Below, one piece after another: positions 28,391-39,168 of a stretch of 64,000 nucleotides of DNA. Position 1 is the first letter of the stretch; every line of letters starts with the position of its first letter. The stretch lies in assembly GCA_023380615.1 (NCBI GenBank), contig JAMCRO010000019.1, positions 1,706 to 65,705 on the forward strand. The letters are read 5' to 3'. The translations under genes and the position numbers were made by a program. The stretch is from Candidatus Parvarchaeota archaeon. GTDB taxonomy: Archaea; Nanobdellota; Nanobdellia; Parvarchaeales; Parvarchaeaceae. The notes beneath the pieces were generated by a model that made no database searches, was not told the DNA's origin, and was given only the letters and a program-made list of their open reading frames with translations.

Positions 28391-29188
28391 ATGTCAAAAT
28401 CGTTGAAAGTGGGTATAATAGACATAAACACAAACAAGCCAAAGTATTCCAGTCTGGAAAAAACGCTAGATGTGCTTGAAAAGGCAAGAAAATTCGATTT
28501 AGACATAATAGTCGGGCCGGAATGGAGCCTCATGGATAACCGATTTAGTAATGAACTTCCTTATTCCTCTAAGGAACTAGAGAAAATATTTTGTAGACTG
28601 AAAAACGCAACAAATGAAACTAAAGAACTTACATTGGCAGGCACTGCCGTAATCTCCACGAATAACAGGAAAATGTACAATTTTCTGCCCGTAATTTATG
28701 ATGGAAAGGTAATATTTTCGACGATAAAGATGACTGATGGTGGAACGTCCTTCTTTAACAATGGGAATTATGAAATTATTGGCAGAGATTATTCTATGAC
28801 TAATGACTTTGAATGGAAAAAGCTTAAGATAGGAATAGAGATATGTGCAGACTCTGGAGTATTATATAGAAAGGGGAAAAGAGATCTTGATCTGCAGATA
28901 CTAGTTTCCAGCGGAATCAGGATAACAAACCTTGCCGTGAAAAAAGGAGGTTATCTAATATGCTCCGACGGCATTCCAAAGGGAAAGAAAACCTATGTTA
29001 TAAAAACAAACGAAAATTATGATCCTGATTCCAGTGTAGACCTTGCAGATTTCAGGGGTTTATTCAAAAGAAAGGAAATTAATTACCAAGCAATGGAAAG
29101 TAATAACGTAGAAATGCCGTTTGAATTTGTTAAACCGGATTCAAGGCATAAAAACCTGAGCATATACCAATTAATTATTGATGATTAA
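28391..29188 (+). CDS. Carbon-nitrogen hydrolase; paralog of 7930..8805
   Basis: DIIVGPEWSL, TIKMTDG, EICADSG, LDLQIL. Confidence 0.75.
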   Translation: MSKSLKVGIIDINTNKPKYSSLEKTLDVLEKARKFDLDIIVGPEWSLMDNRFSNELPYSSKELEKIFCRLKNATNETKELTLAGTAVISTNNRKMYNFLPVIYDGKVIFSTIKMTDGGTSFFNNGNYEIIGRDYSMTNDFEWKKLKIGIEICADSGVLYRKGKRDLDLQILVSSGIRITNLAVKKGGYLICSDGIPKGKKTYVIKTNENYDPDSSVDLADFRGLFKRKEINYQAMESNNVEMPFEFVKPDSRHKNLSIYQLIIDD

Positions 29189-29928
29189 ACGATTATATCC
29201 CTTAGATCCTTTATTTTCCCAAAATTCAGATTCTCCCCCTCTGATATGCATATTGCGTTTAACTCATTAACGTCGCACATTTCCCTTAAAAACGGCGAGA
29301 GAAGTTCTTCTTTTTTCTCCTCGTTTATATTACTGCCGGGTGCAAATATGCTAGAAGCAGGCAAAACCAGCAGCTTTTTTCCATTGTTTGTATCGCCGTA
29401 AAGGAAGGCCTTCATTTTTTCTCCAGATCCTACGTATCTATAGATTATTACGCTAGGGTGTTCATGGCCTATAATGTAGGTTTCTGCTTCGCATTTAGGC
29501 AACTCATCCCCGTGCGCAATGTAAAATTCCTTTTCGAGTAGATAATCCCGTATTATCTCAACGTCATAGCTGTTTTTTATCCTGTCAAGGTAATTGTCAT
29601 GGTTTCCCTTTATCAGAAGCAGCTTTATAGACAGGTTTTTACAGAACTCTATAAGTTCTCCTATCTCTTTTCTTTCATAGTACTTCAAGTCCGAAAAGTC
29701 GTTCTTTAAATCACCAGTCACTATAAGCCTGTCTGCTCCCGTAGCCATTGCGGCATTTCTTACTATGTTTTCTATAAACTGCAGGTTTCTGCTAGGTATC
29801 AAAGTGCCTGATGCTGACATCTGCCCCTCATAACCCAGATGGGTATCAGATATAATAAGTGAATTAAGCGGCTTGATATAAGCTATCGGCACCCCTTCCA
29901 AAAGTTCTATCGATTCATTTATTTGCAT
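29185..29928 (-). CDS. Lhr-associated metallophosphoesterase (MPE/PdeM-like nuclease)
   Basis: SDTHLGYE, TGDLK, KGNHD, AHGD, IGHEHP; overlaps the lhr 3' end. Confidence 0.9.
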   Translation of the reverse strand: MQINESIELLEGVPIAYIKPLNSLIISDTHLGYEGQMSASGTLIPSRNLQFIENIVRNAAMATGADRLIVTGDLKNDFSDLKYYERKEIGELIEFCKNLSIKLLLIKGNHDNYLDRIKNSYDVEIIRDYLLEKEFYIAHGDELPKCEAETYIIGHEHPSVIIYRYVGSGEKMKAFLYGDTNNGKKLLVLPASSIFAPGSNINEEKKEELLSPFLREMCDVNELNAICISEGENLNFGKIKDLRDIIV

Positions 29929-32551
29929 TTTGATTCTCCCTTATTTTTTCCAATACCAGTTTATGCAGCCTTCTAACGTATTCCTTCTTGTTTTTTATCG
30001 AAACGACATCGCTTTCCCCCATCGTTACAAGGCTGTGTGAAAATGGAGAAGGCACGGAAGTGTCTATTATTGAATACCTTATATTTTTTGTTTTTATCGC
30101 TTTTAATATCTTAGATGCATTGCTCATATCCATTACATCCTCTTCTATCTCCCTGTAGGCTTCCTTTAATATGGGAAAGTTCTCATCCATCTCGCTTATT
30201 ATCCTCAAGAGTGCCTGTGCATTTATCTGCTGCCTTTCTACCCTTATCCTATGCCCCTTGTAATTCCTAAGTATCATCAATCCCCTAGCAGCTGCATGCC
30301 TAAATCTCCTCCTTAGTATCTCCGTTCTTTTTATGTTTTCCGTTATTATCTTCTGTATGTCTGCTTTAGCAGCCGATTCTATGATGCTTTTGATAATAAC
30401 GTCATTCATTTTTTCATTTGAAATCAACGAAAACCCGTTGTCGTTTATCACCAAACCGACCTCTTCTCCAAGTCTGTCGCTTAGGATGAATGCAAATACC
30501 CTTGACAGTGCATCGTTTACCCTCCTGCCAAACAGAGAGTGGAATATCGTGTACTCTTTGTCGTTGTATCTGGTCCTTTCTATAAGAATAAGCTTATCCG
30601 AAGGCACTTTTCCCGTAAAATACACCTGTTCTTTTATATATTCATATATCGAAGCTATTGAATTTTTGTCAGCAGGCATTGAGGCAAGGTATTTACCTGC
30701 CTGTTCAGGCATGTTTTTCTGGTTTTTATAAACAAACTTCTCTCTTGGAAGCCTGCTTATAATCGATGAAAACTCCCTCCTGAATTTGCCTATATCCAAT
30801 GCTAGCTCATAGCTTAGAGGGAGCTGCTCTGAAAACCAAGGGGGTATGTTTGGTTTTTCCCCGATTGCCGGCAAAACAAAGCAGTCCGCGGCACTGGATC
30901 TTTGGAATTTATAGACCTTGCCGCCCAATACAAAAACGTCCCCTTTTTTCAGTTTTTCCAAGAACTCTTCTTCGATGTTTCCTATTTTTTTCTTTGTACC
31001 CCAGATATAAACGTTTATTGCAACTTCATCGGGTATAGTCCCTATGTTTGTATAATATATAAGTCTCGTAAGCCTTCCCCTCTTCCCGAATTTGTTTGAG
31101 CTGTTGTCAAACCAGATTTTTCCATAAACGGATCTTTCACGCAACGGAACGTACTCTCCCGCAAGGTATTTTATAAGGCCCAGAAAATCTTTTTTATCCA
31201 GGTTTCTAAAAGGGTAAGCCTTCTTTATCAATGAGTATGCCTCATTAACGCCCCATATCCTGTTCAGGGCCATGCCGACTATGTGCTGTGCCAATACATC
31301 CAATGGATTTTCAGGCATAGTAAAAGAATCCAATTTCCTTTTTAAGCCATCGTAAAGCATAACAGTGCATTCAACCAAATCATCTCTGTTATTTATTATC
31401 AAATCACCGTTTGCAGTGTCCTTGAAGCCATGCCCGCTCCTTCCTATTCTTTGCAGCGCTCTTGTTATGCTTTTTGGTGAGTTTATCTGTATGACATTGT
31501 CTATGCTGCCTATGTCAATCCCTAATTCCAGACTGGTTGAGGAAACAACACATTTCAGCTTTCCATTCTTTAATTTCTCTTCAACGGAAAATCTCTCTTC
31601 CCTGGAAAGAGAGCCATGGTGTGCGGACACTTCTTCATCGGTATAACCGAATCTTCTTTTAAGGTTAAAAACCAGCCTTTCCGTACCGCTCCGTGTGTTT
31701 GTAAATATCAGTGTTGTCCTGTTCTTTTTTACTATGTTGTTGATTATATTATACATTGATTCGTCTATTTCTGATTCTTTTGAATATATAAGATCCTTGA
31801 CTGGAGAAATGACTTTGGCGTTTATTTTCTTGCTCCACGATGCATCTACTACTACGCAGCTCCTTTTTGTGCCTACAAGAAAACTTGCCGCTCTGTCCAG
31901 AGGGAATATTGTTGCACTCAACCCTATCCGTATGAAATCATGTTTTATTGAATCTGCCAGCCTTTCCAATGAAATTGAAAGATGCGAACCCCTCTTGCTG
32001 TTCGCAAGTTCATGCAGCTCATCCACTATTACATACTCCAAATTGACAAATTTCTGTATGAATTTGGGGGAATTCAACATTATTGCAAGAGATTCCGGTG
32101 TGGTGACAAATATATTTGGAGGGTGGACAAACTGCTTCCTGCGTTCGTTTTGTGGAGTATCCCCTGTCCTAACGCCGATTGTTATCTTTCTTTTATCGGT
32201 TAATTCCGGACTTTTATATATGTCTTCAATCGGTAGAATAATGTTTTTGTAGATATCATTGTTTAATGCTCTCAATGGAGAGATATAAAGACACTTTATC
32301 TCATCATTTAGTTTGCCCTCAACTGAAAGATCTACCAGTTCATTTATTATGGGTATAAATGCCGACAGGGTTTTGCCGCTGCCTGTAGGCGCAGTTATCA
32401 GCACATTTTTTCTATCACTTATTACCTTAAAAGAAAACTTCTGTGGAGGAGTCAACTCTTTAAACCTAGATACAAACCATTTTCTCATCACGGGATTTAA
32501 GGTCTTAATACTCTTATCATCAGGGTATTGCTCGTTCAGTATTGTTATCAT
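29915..32551 (-). CDS. lhr: Lhr-type SF2 ATP-dependent helicase
   Basis: APTGSGKT, SPLRALNND, TTPESL, VDELH, GLSAT, HHGSL, SLELGID, QRIGRSGH, IGTIPD. Confidence 0.95.
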   Translation of the reverse strand: MITILNEQYPDDKSIKTLNPVMRKWFVSRFKELTPPQKFSFKVISDRKNVLITAPTGSGKTLSAFIPIINELVDLSVEGKLNDEIKCLYISPLRALNNDIYKNIILPIEDIYKSPELTDKRKITIGVRTGDTPQNERRKQFVHPPNIFVTTPESLAIMLNSPKFIQKFVNLEYVIVDELHELANSKRGSHLSISLERLADSIKHDFIRIGLSATIFPLDRAASFLVGTKRSCVVVDASWSKKINAKVISPVKDLIYSKESEIDESMYNIINNIVKKNRTTLIFTNTRSGTERLVFNLKRRFGYTDEEVSAHHGSLSREERFSVEEKLKNGKLKCVVSSTSLELGIDIGSIDNVIQINSPKSITRALQRIGRSGHGFKDTANGDLIINNRDDLVECTVMLYDGLKRKLDSFTMPENPLDVLAQHIVGMALNRIWGVNEAYSLIKKAYPFRNLDKKDFLGLIKYLAGEYVPLRERSVYGKIWFDNSSNKFGKRGRLTRLIYYTNIGTIPDEVAINVYIWGTKKKIGNIEEEFLEKLKKGDVFVLGGKVYKFQRSSAADCFVLPAIGEKPNIPPWFSEQLPLSYELALDIGKFRREFSSIISRLPREKFVYKNQKNMPEQAGKYLASMPADKNSIASIYEYIKEQVYFTGKVPSDKLILIERTRYNDKEYTIFHSLFGRRVNDALSRVFAFILSDRLGEEVGLVINDNGFSLISNEKMNDVIIKSIIESAAKADIQKIITENIKRTEILRRRFRHAAARGLMILRNYKGHRIRVERQQINAQALLRIISEMDENFPILKEAYREIEEDVMDMSNASKILKAIKTKNIRYSIIDTSVPSPFSHSLVTMGESDVVSIKNKKEYVRRLHKLVLEKIRENQNANK

Positions 32552-32592
32552 CCTTTTTATAGATAGTTACAGTATTTAATTTTTATTGTAGC

Positions 32593-33348
32593 CTATTTCC
32601 TACATTTGAATATAATAGTTGGAGCTATCCTGTTTACAAGCGCCCTTCTATAGCCTATGCCCCATATTTTGTCTTCCTTGTCGAAGGGTTCTATTATTCT
32701 TTCTAGTTTTAAACCCGAATCGATTATTATGTTCACAATGTCACTTATTTTCATGTCATAATGTGCAAAGTAATGAATGCTCTTATCCGGCCATTTTTCT
32801 TTTTTAACTTTTAAACCGGAATTAAAGTAGCTTTCCTTTATTTTCATGTCTTTTGGATCAATAAGCAGGTAAAAGGGATGCTCTATGCTGAAAACAAAAA
32901 TGCCGTCCTTTGAAAGCAAATCTCTTATGTTCTTTAATAAAACCCGAAGGTCTGTACAGTACTGCAGCGCCATTATTGATATTATGACATCGAATTTCCT
33001 TGGCTTTAATCTATTTATTTGAGAAAAAGGAAGCTCTAGAAATTCAACGTTTACCCGTTCTTTTTTGGCGTTTTTATTGGCAAATTCTATCTGTTTATTA
33101 GAGATGTCCATTCCAGTGCACACAGCCCCTTTCTTTGCAAGAGATATGGATACCTGTCCACCCCCGCACCCAAGTTCTAGGACTGTTTTACCATTTATTT
33201 TTCCAAGTAACTTTAATTTTCCTTCACTGGAACCAAAAGGGCCGTATTGAACATCGGTCATCTTATCCGCAGAAATTTCCTTTTGATAGTATTCAGAAGC
33301 AGAATTCCACCATTCTTTTATGATTTCTTCGCTGTTTTTCCCAGACAT
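32593..33348 (-). CDS. Class I SAM-dependent methyltransferase
   Basis: VLELGCGGGQ, GMDIS, FVFSIEHP. Confidence 0.9.
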   Translation of the reverse strand: MSGKNSEEIIKEWWNSASEYYQKEISADKMTDVQYGPFGSSEGKLKLLGKINGKTVLELGCGGGQVSISLAKKGAVCTGMDISNKQIEFANKNAKKERVNVEFLELPFSQINRLKPRKFDVIISIMALQYCTDLRVLLKNIRDLLSKDGIFVFSIEHPFYLLIDPKDMKIKESYFNSGLKVKKEKWPDKSIHYFAHYDMKISDIVNIIIDSGLKLERIIEPFDKEDKIWGIGYRRALVNRIAPTIIFKCRK

Positions 33349-33391
33349 AGTGTATTTATATCAAAAGATCAATATAAAACTGTAAATAGAT

Positions 33392-34699
33392 ATGTTTGAT
33401 TCGATGAATTTAAAAAAAGAGATATTAACTGCATTGCATGAAATGAAGTTTGATGAACCAACTGAAGTGCAAAAACAGGCTATTCCACTGGAATTGGAAG
33501 GCAAAGATGTAGTTGTAAAATCCAAAACAGGAAGCGGAAAAACCGCTGCTTTTGTGATACCAATACTAAACAGCTTGGAAAAAGGCGAAAAACAGGCTGC
33601 GATGATAATAACCCCCACTAGAGAGCTTGCACTACAGGTAACGGATGTTGTTAGGGATATTGGAAAGCATCTTCAACTGAAGGCAGTTACAATTTATGGG
33701 GGGGCTTCGATAAATTACCAGATAAGAGAGATAAGAAACGGAGCTAATATAATTATAGGAACTCCTGGAAGGATAATAGATCTAATGAAAAGAGGTGAAC
33801 TTCTTACAAATTCGATAAGATTTCTTGTTTTGGATGAGGTAGACATCATGCTGGATATGGGCTTCATAGATGACATCAAATATATATTATCAAAACTGCC
33901 TAAGAAAAGACAGACTATGTTCTTTTCTGCAACGATTCCAGAAGAAATAAAACATATAACAGTAAACTACGCTAACAATCCAATAAATGTCAACATAGAC
34001 GGGGGAGAAGTAACTGTAAGTACAATACAACATTTTTATTCAATCGCAAACGGTAGCGATAAATTTGCGACATTACTTGCCTATTTGGATGAAAAAAAGC
34101 CTGAAAAGGCAATAATATTCTGTAAGACTCAGAGAAACGCGGAAAGAATACATTCTATGATGCAAAATATGGATATAAATGCCGTTTTGATGCATGGGGG
34201 CTTAAGCCAGAACAGAAGAGAGCACTCCCTTAATATGTTTAAGATCGGAAGAGCACACGTAATAGCCACAAACGTAGCTTCGCGTGGATTAGATATAGAC
34301 AACGTTTCCGACATAATAAATTTTGATGCTGAGACCGATCCGAAGGCATACGTTCACAGAGTAGGCAGAAGTGCAAGAATGGGAAAAAGCGGAAGGGCTT
34401 TTACAATATTCACTCCTTCGGAAAAATATCTAGTTTATGAAATAGAAAACTATGCTAAGGTAAAGCTTTCTTACATAGAATTTAACCTTGCTACATACAG
34501 AGAAAAGATAAATGAATTGTACAAGGGAGATTCTAGACATGATATTGAAAGCGCATTACGAAGAAGTAATTTCAACTCAAATAGGGGTTTCAGTAGGAAT
34601 AAACCTTATAGAAAAGAATTCGGGAGCAACAACAATGATAGACATTATTCCGGATTCAAAAGGAATAAATTCAAACGCAATTATTTCAAGGAAGATTAA
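33392..34699 (+). CDS. DEAD-box RNA helicase
   Basis: Q motif, TGSGKT, PTRELA, TPGR, DEVD, SAT, RGLD, HRVGRSAR; R/N/F-rich tail. Confidence 0.95.
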   Translation: MFDSMNLKKEILTALHEMKFDEPTEVQKQAIPLELEGKDVVVKSKTGSGKTAAFVIPILNSLEKGEKQAAMIITPTRELALQVTDVVRDIGKHLQLKAVTIYGGASINYQIREIRNGANIIIGTPGRIIDLMKRGELLTNSIRFLVLDEVDIMLDMGFIDDIKYILSKLPKKRQTMFFSATIPEEIKHITVNYANNPINVNIDGGEVTVSTIQHFYSIANGSDKFATLLAYLDEKKPEKAIIFCKTQRNAERIHSMMQNMDINAVLMHGGLSQNRREHSLNMFKIGRAHVIATNVASRGLDIDNVSDIINFDAETDPKAYVHRVGRSARMGKSGRAFTIFTPSEKYLVYEIENYAKVKLSYIEFNLATYREKINELYKGDSRHDIESALRRSNFNSNRGFSRNKPYRKEFGSNNNDRHYSGFKRNKFKRNYFKED

Positions 34700-34784
34700 G
34701 CAGTGTATCTTTATGTATTAATAGACTAATAAGCAATGTCTTTGGAACAGAAGGATTAATAAAGCTACTTTTTATATTATAATA

Positions 34785-35393
34785 ATGATATTTAAAAGAA
34801 AAGAAAAGCCAAAAGTAGATGATGACATCCTTTTAAGAGCAAACATTGCACAGGGAATAAAGATTCTTTATCTAGACAGAAAACGGCTTTTTTACCCTGA
34901 AAATAACCATTATGACAAGTTAAAGGATACATTTACGCATATAATCAAAAATCTAAAAGACTTGGAAGATAAGAAGCCAAGAATGCTTGTAATGACAAAC
35001 AGTGGATTTGAATATGAAGTTCTTAACAGCAAGATGGTTGATACGTTACAAAGTTATTTTGAATTTCTGCTTCTAATACCTCCCCCCAGCTCAATATTCA
35101 CAAAGTGGAAAAAATCCGTGGAAGTGGGCAAAATGCACATACCTACGCTTTCCTACATGTTGCATTCCATCCTCACGTATAAATTGCCGGATTATTGGAA
35201 AGATAAGATGGACGAGTATACGGATATAGCAGGTGCGATAATAGAGGTAATGAACAAGAGCTCCAGTAACGAAAAACTAATAAACCTCACAAAAGAAGCG
35301 GAAAAAAACATAGCTAATGCAGTAGACAAGGAAAGAGAAAAAGCTTATAAGAAAAAAATACTTGAATGGGTAAGACTAAATCTTATAATTTAG
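34785..35393 (+). CDS. Hypothetical protein
   Basis: 202-aa ORF filling the gap, with a TATA-like element upstream. Confidence 0.7.
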   Translation: MIFKRKEKPKVDDDILLRANIAQGIKILYLDRKRLFYPENNHYDKLKDTFTHIIKNLKDLEDKKPRMLVMTNSGFEYEVLNSKMVDTLQSYFEFLLLIPPPSSIFTKWKKSVEVGKMHIPTLSYMLHSILTYKLPDYWKDKMDEYTDIAGAIIEVMNKSSSNEKLINLTKEAEKNIANAVDKEREKAYKKKILEWVRLNLII

Positions 35394-35457
35394 GGTATTT
35401 ATAAGACTTTAAAAAATTAAACACTACTTTTTTAATTTTAAAAATTTAAATAATAAA

Positions 35458-36891
35458 TCACTTTTTAGCCTTGCCTTTGTTAGGCAGCACTAATTTTGGA
35501 ACTCCATGTACATGCTTGTAGGAAGCTATTGCTATCTCTTCCAATGTCAAGCCCTTTGTCTCTGGTGTGAAAAATATCGTGAAGAAGAACACGAATACCA
35601 TCAGTGACAAAAGTACAAAGAAGAAGCCCGATTTACCTATCGTAAGCGTCAAATAAGGAAACAGGAAAGCTGAAGCGAATGATGCAATCCGGGTTATTCC
35701 AGTAGCACTCCCCATTGATGAGGACCTTAATTTTGTAGGCAAAAGCTCTATTGCGTACAAACCCATTGTGTTTCCAGGTCCTAAATTACCAAGTCCGTAA
35801 TCAAACACGAATGCTATTATACCTATGGTTATGGCTATTGAAGCGGCTGCTGTTGCAGCTATAAAGAATAAAAGCATGGCTACGGCCATCCCTGCAAAGC
35901 CCAATGCCTGCAGCGGCCTTCTTCCTATTCTATCATTAAGCATTACTGCACCGAACGCTCCCAAGAAGCCTATCGGCATGTAAAATACGAATGAATATAA
36001 AAGAGATGTTGAACCCGCTACACCAAGACTTTTAAGTATCAATGGTGCATACAAACCTATTCCGTAGCCTGCTAAATCATATATTATCCACTGAGTCCAG
36101 ACAACTGCCGTTCTTTTACCAAATTCGCCCTTAAACAGCGCTGCGAATGAACCAGCTGCAATATTCGCTTCTTTCTGCCTTTCAGACAGTATGGCTTTAA
36201 TGTCCTGTGGTGTCATTCCTATCTTCTGAGCTACAGTTCTTACGTTCTTATCATTTACATTTCCTTCGTCCATCATCTTCCATCTTGCGGATTCAGGCAT
36301 TCTTGTCCTAAGTATTACAGTTATTATTGCAGGTATCGCACCCAATGCTAAAACCCATCTCCAGCTTGTTAATGGATCATGTAAGAAGAATACGTATCCC
36401 AAAATGAATGCTGATGCTGCACCTATGCTCCAGAATGTCCATACCCAGCCGTAACCTGCTCCCCTTTTCTTGTCAGGATACATCTCTGTAGTGTAAACCG
36501 GGCTTAATGCATAGTCTGCTCCTACTCCCCAGCCGACGAAGAACCTAAAGATTATCATTTCTGTTATATTTGTTGATACCGCAGATAATATTGCAAAGAC
36601 TGCAAAGAATATAAGGTCAAAGATATACAGGTATCTTCTACCTATTCTGTCTGCGTAATGACCGAAAATTACCGCTCCTACAAATGCCCCAAGAAGAGCA
36701 GAGCCTGAAACGAATGACTCTGTAAATGCAGAATACTGAAATATTTTATAAGTGACTAAAACAAGGGTGAAAACAGATATTACACTAAGGTCATAACCGT
36801 CAAGAAAATAACCCATCGCTGAAAGAGTAGTTATTACAGAACGTCTCGGTACATGGACGGTTTCAGCGTTACTTTGCATATTTGAATTCAT
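35458..36891 (-). CDS. MFS sugar-porter-like transporter downstream of glpK
   Basis: LDGYD, DRIGRR twice, PESARW, PETKG.TLEEI. Confidence 0.92.
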   Translation of the reverse strand: MNSNMQSNAETVHVPRRSVITTLSAMGYFLDGYDLSVISVFTLVLVTYKIFQYSAFTESFVSGSALLGAFVGAVIFGHYADRIGRRYLYIFDLIFFAVFAILSAVSTNITEMIIFRFFVGWGVGADYALSPVYTTEMYPDKKRGAGYGWVWTFWSIGAASAFILGYVFFLHDPLTSWRWVLALGAIPAIITVILRTRMPESARWKMMDEGNVNDKNVRTVAQKIGMTPQDIKAILSERQKEANIAAGSFAALFKGEFGKRTAVVWTQWIIYDLAGYGIGLYAPLILKSLGVAGSTSLLYSFVFYMPIGFLGAFGAVMLNDRIGRRPLQALGFAGMAVAMLLFFIAATAAASIAITIGIIAFVFDYGLGNLGPGNTMGLYAIELLPTKLRSSSMGSATGITRIASFASAFLFPYLTLTIGKSGFFFVLLSLMVFVFFFTIFFTPETKGLTLEEIAIASYKHVHGVPKLVLPNKGKAKK

Positions 36892-36918
36892 ATTTTTATT
36901 ATATTTAAAGCTTTTGTT

Positions 36919-38388
36919 TTAATTTCTAGATCTTTTAACCGCATCAACCCATTTATTATATATAGTGTTATTGGCTTTACTGTCCTTTTTTGGATGAAAA
37001 TACCTGCCAGATCTATTTAAATTTTTTATGCTGTTGAAATCCCATATTCCTGAGGACATACCTGCTGACAATGCTGCACCAAATGCGCTTTCTTCCACTA
37101 AATCCGACCTGTAGATCCGTTTTTCCAATAGATTCGCCTGCAACTGCATTATGTAATCATTGCTTGCAACCCCGCCATCGACATTTATTTTATTATTGAA
37201 GTTTTCCATTCTTTTTATTATGTCAACGACCTGCATGCATATTGAGTATGCTGCAGCTTTTATGAAAGCAAGTTTATTGGATTTCCTTGTTAAGCCTATT
37301 ATTATACCTCTTGCAGATTCATCCCAGTAAGGGGAAAACAACCCGCTAAATGCAGGCACTAAGATAAGGTTGGTATCTGCATTGGCAGTTATTGCGTCTT
37401 TAATCTCTGAGAATGATTTCATTATGCCCAGCTCTTCTAGCCAGTCAAATATTTCTCCAGATATCGGTACAGAGCCTTCTAACGCATATATACAGTCATT
37501 TTTGCTAGTACCATAAGCACATGTAGTCAAAAGGCCCCTTTCTCTTTTTATCTTCCTGCCCGTGTTTTGAAGTATGAAGCTGCCCGTCCCATATGTAACC
37601 TTTATATCGGAATCAGAAACGGCTCTTTCTCCAAGCAAAGCTGCCTGCTGATCCCCGAGTACTCCCATTATCTTAACACCCTTAAAATTACCATAATTAA
37701 CGGTTCCAAATCCCTCGTTGTTTATAGAAGGCTTTATTTCCGGCAATATGCCTTCGGGTATTTTGAAAATATCCAGCATATCTGAATCCCATTCCTTTGT
37801 TCTTAAATTCATCAACGATGTTCTTGATGCATTTGTATAATCCGTTAAATGGTTCTTTTCAGTCGTTAATTTCCATATAAGCCAGCTGTCAATATTCCCT
37901 GCCAATACGCGCTTTTCTCTAATTAATCCCTTGATTTTATCTGAGTTATCAATTAACCACTTTATCTTGGAAGCAGAGAAATAGGTACTCAGTTTTAGAC
38001 CAGTTTTCTGCTCTATTTCCCTTTCACCGTAGTTATCTTTTATCTTTTTTATCAGATCCTGCGTACGCATATCCTGCCATACTATTGCATTGCTTAATGG
38101 CATCCCGGTTTTCTTGTCCCACAGTATTGTTGTTTCCCTTTGATTGCTTATTCCCACCGCAATAATGTTTTTAGCTTCTAGCTTTGCAGAATTAACAGCA
38201 GAATTTAAAACAAATTTAACATTGTTTAGTATCTCCAAAGGATTGTGCTCTACCCAGCCTTCTTTTGGCAGGATTTGTCTATGTCTCTTATATGCTTTAC
38301 TTATGACCTTTCCGTTTATATCAAATATTAAACATTTTGTACCTGTTGTTCCCTGGTCTACTGCTGCAATATATCTATCATTTTGCAT
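36919..38388 (-). CDS. glpK: Glycerol kinase
   Basis: DQGTTG, GWVEH.P, NQRET, WQD.R, YFSASK, TNASRT, GDQQAAL, TYGTG.F, VDGG. Confidence 0.95.
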   Translation of the reverse strand: MQNDRYIAAVDQGTTGTKCLIFDINGKVISKAYKRHRQILPKEGWVEHNPLEILNNVKFVLNSAVNSAKLEAKNIIAVGISNQRETTILWDKKTGMPLSNAIVWQDMRTQDLIKKIKDNYGEREIEQKTGLKLSTYFSASKIKWLIDNSDKIKGLIREKRVLAGNIDSWLIWKLTTEKNHLTDYTNASRTSLMNLRTKEWDSDMLDIFKIPEGILPEIKPSINNEGFGTVNYGNFKGVKIMGVLGDQQAALLGERAVSDSDIKVTYGTGSFILQNTGRKIKRERGLLTTCAYGTSKNDCIYALEGSVPISGEIFDWLEELGIMKSFSEIKDAITANADTNLILVPAFSGLFSPYWDESARGIIIGLTRKSNKLAFIKAAAYSICMQVVDIIKRMENFNNKINVDGGVASNDYIMQLQANLLEKRIYRSDLVEESAFGAALSAGMSSGIWDFNSIKNLNRSGRYFHPKKDSKANNTIYNKWVDAVKRSRN

Positions 38389-39109
38389 ACTTTTTAAGTG
38401 TACGCAGTACAAGTCTTGGATTGTTTGAAGTTATGCTGTCAACCCCCAAATCTATTGCTCTTTTTATGTCTTCTGGGTTATCTACAGTCCAAGCCGCCAC
38501 TTTAAAGCCATTTTTTCTGGCAATTTCGATGTCATCACCGTAAACTAGGTAAAATGCCGGCTGCAAAAAATTTATTTTAAGGTTTTTAGCGATATCGATA
38601 AACCAGGAGGATTTACCAGTATAGAGCAAACCTGTTCTAATTGTTTTGTCCAACTTCCTCACGATTTCCAAAGAATCAAAGTCGAAGGATATTATTTGAA
38701 CGTTATTCTTTAGATTAAACTCGTCTATTAAATCTAACATTTTTTCTTCTATGCCAGGATAAACCTTTGAACTTTGTTTTATTTCAAGGTAATAATTTAT
38801 TCTTCCCAATCCTTCAAATACTTCCCTTAACGTGGAAACCCTTGTTCCCTTCCATTTCTTACCGAACTTAAAACCCGCATCAAGCTTTTTAATCTCTTCA
38901 AGGGTATGCGAATGAATCAAACCCTTGCCATTGGTTGTTCTATCCAATGTCTCATCATGCATTACAATTAATTCACCGTCCTTGCTAGTGTGTAAGTCCA
39001 TTTCTACGCCGTAAACTCCTAGCTTTTTAGCAAGTTTAAACGAAGGCAATGTATTTTCAGGAGCTTCTATTGCTGCCCCCCTGTGTCCATAAACTAATGG
39101 CATTTCCAT
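38378..39109 (-). CDS. glpQ: Glycerophosphodiester phosphodiesterase
   Basis: HRGA...PENT, EMD...SKDG, HD.TLDRTT, EIK, WTVD; overlaps the glpK start. Confidence 0.93.
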   Translation of the reverse strand: MEMPLVYGHRGAAIEAPENTLPSFKLAKKLGVYGVEMDLHTSKDGELIVMHDETLDRTTNGKGLIHSHTLEEIKKLDAGFKFGKKWKGTRVSTLREVFEGLGRINYYLEIKQSSKVYPGIEEKMLDLIDEFNLKNNVQIISFDFDSLEIVRKLDKTIRTGLLYTGKSSWFIDIAKNLKINFLQPAFYLVYGDDIEIARKNGFKVAAWTVDNPEDIKRAIDLGVDSITSNNPRLVLRTLKKYAK

Positions 39110-39168
39110 TTCAATCTTAGTACTTTAACGAATTTAACGCTATCTAACTGTTGCTATAAAACGAAAAA

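Noticed and set aside
29185-32551. Lhr plus metallophosphoesterase as a novel defence pair
   Set aside because: Known, widespread DNA-repair gene pair
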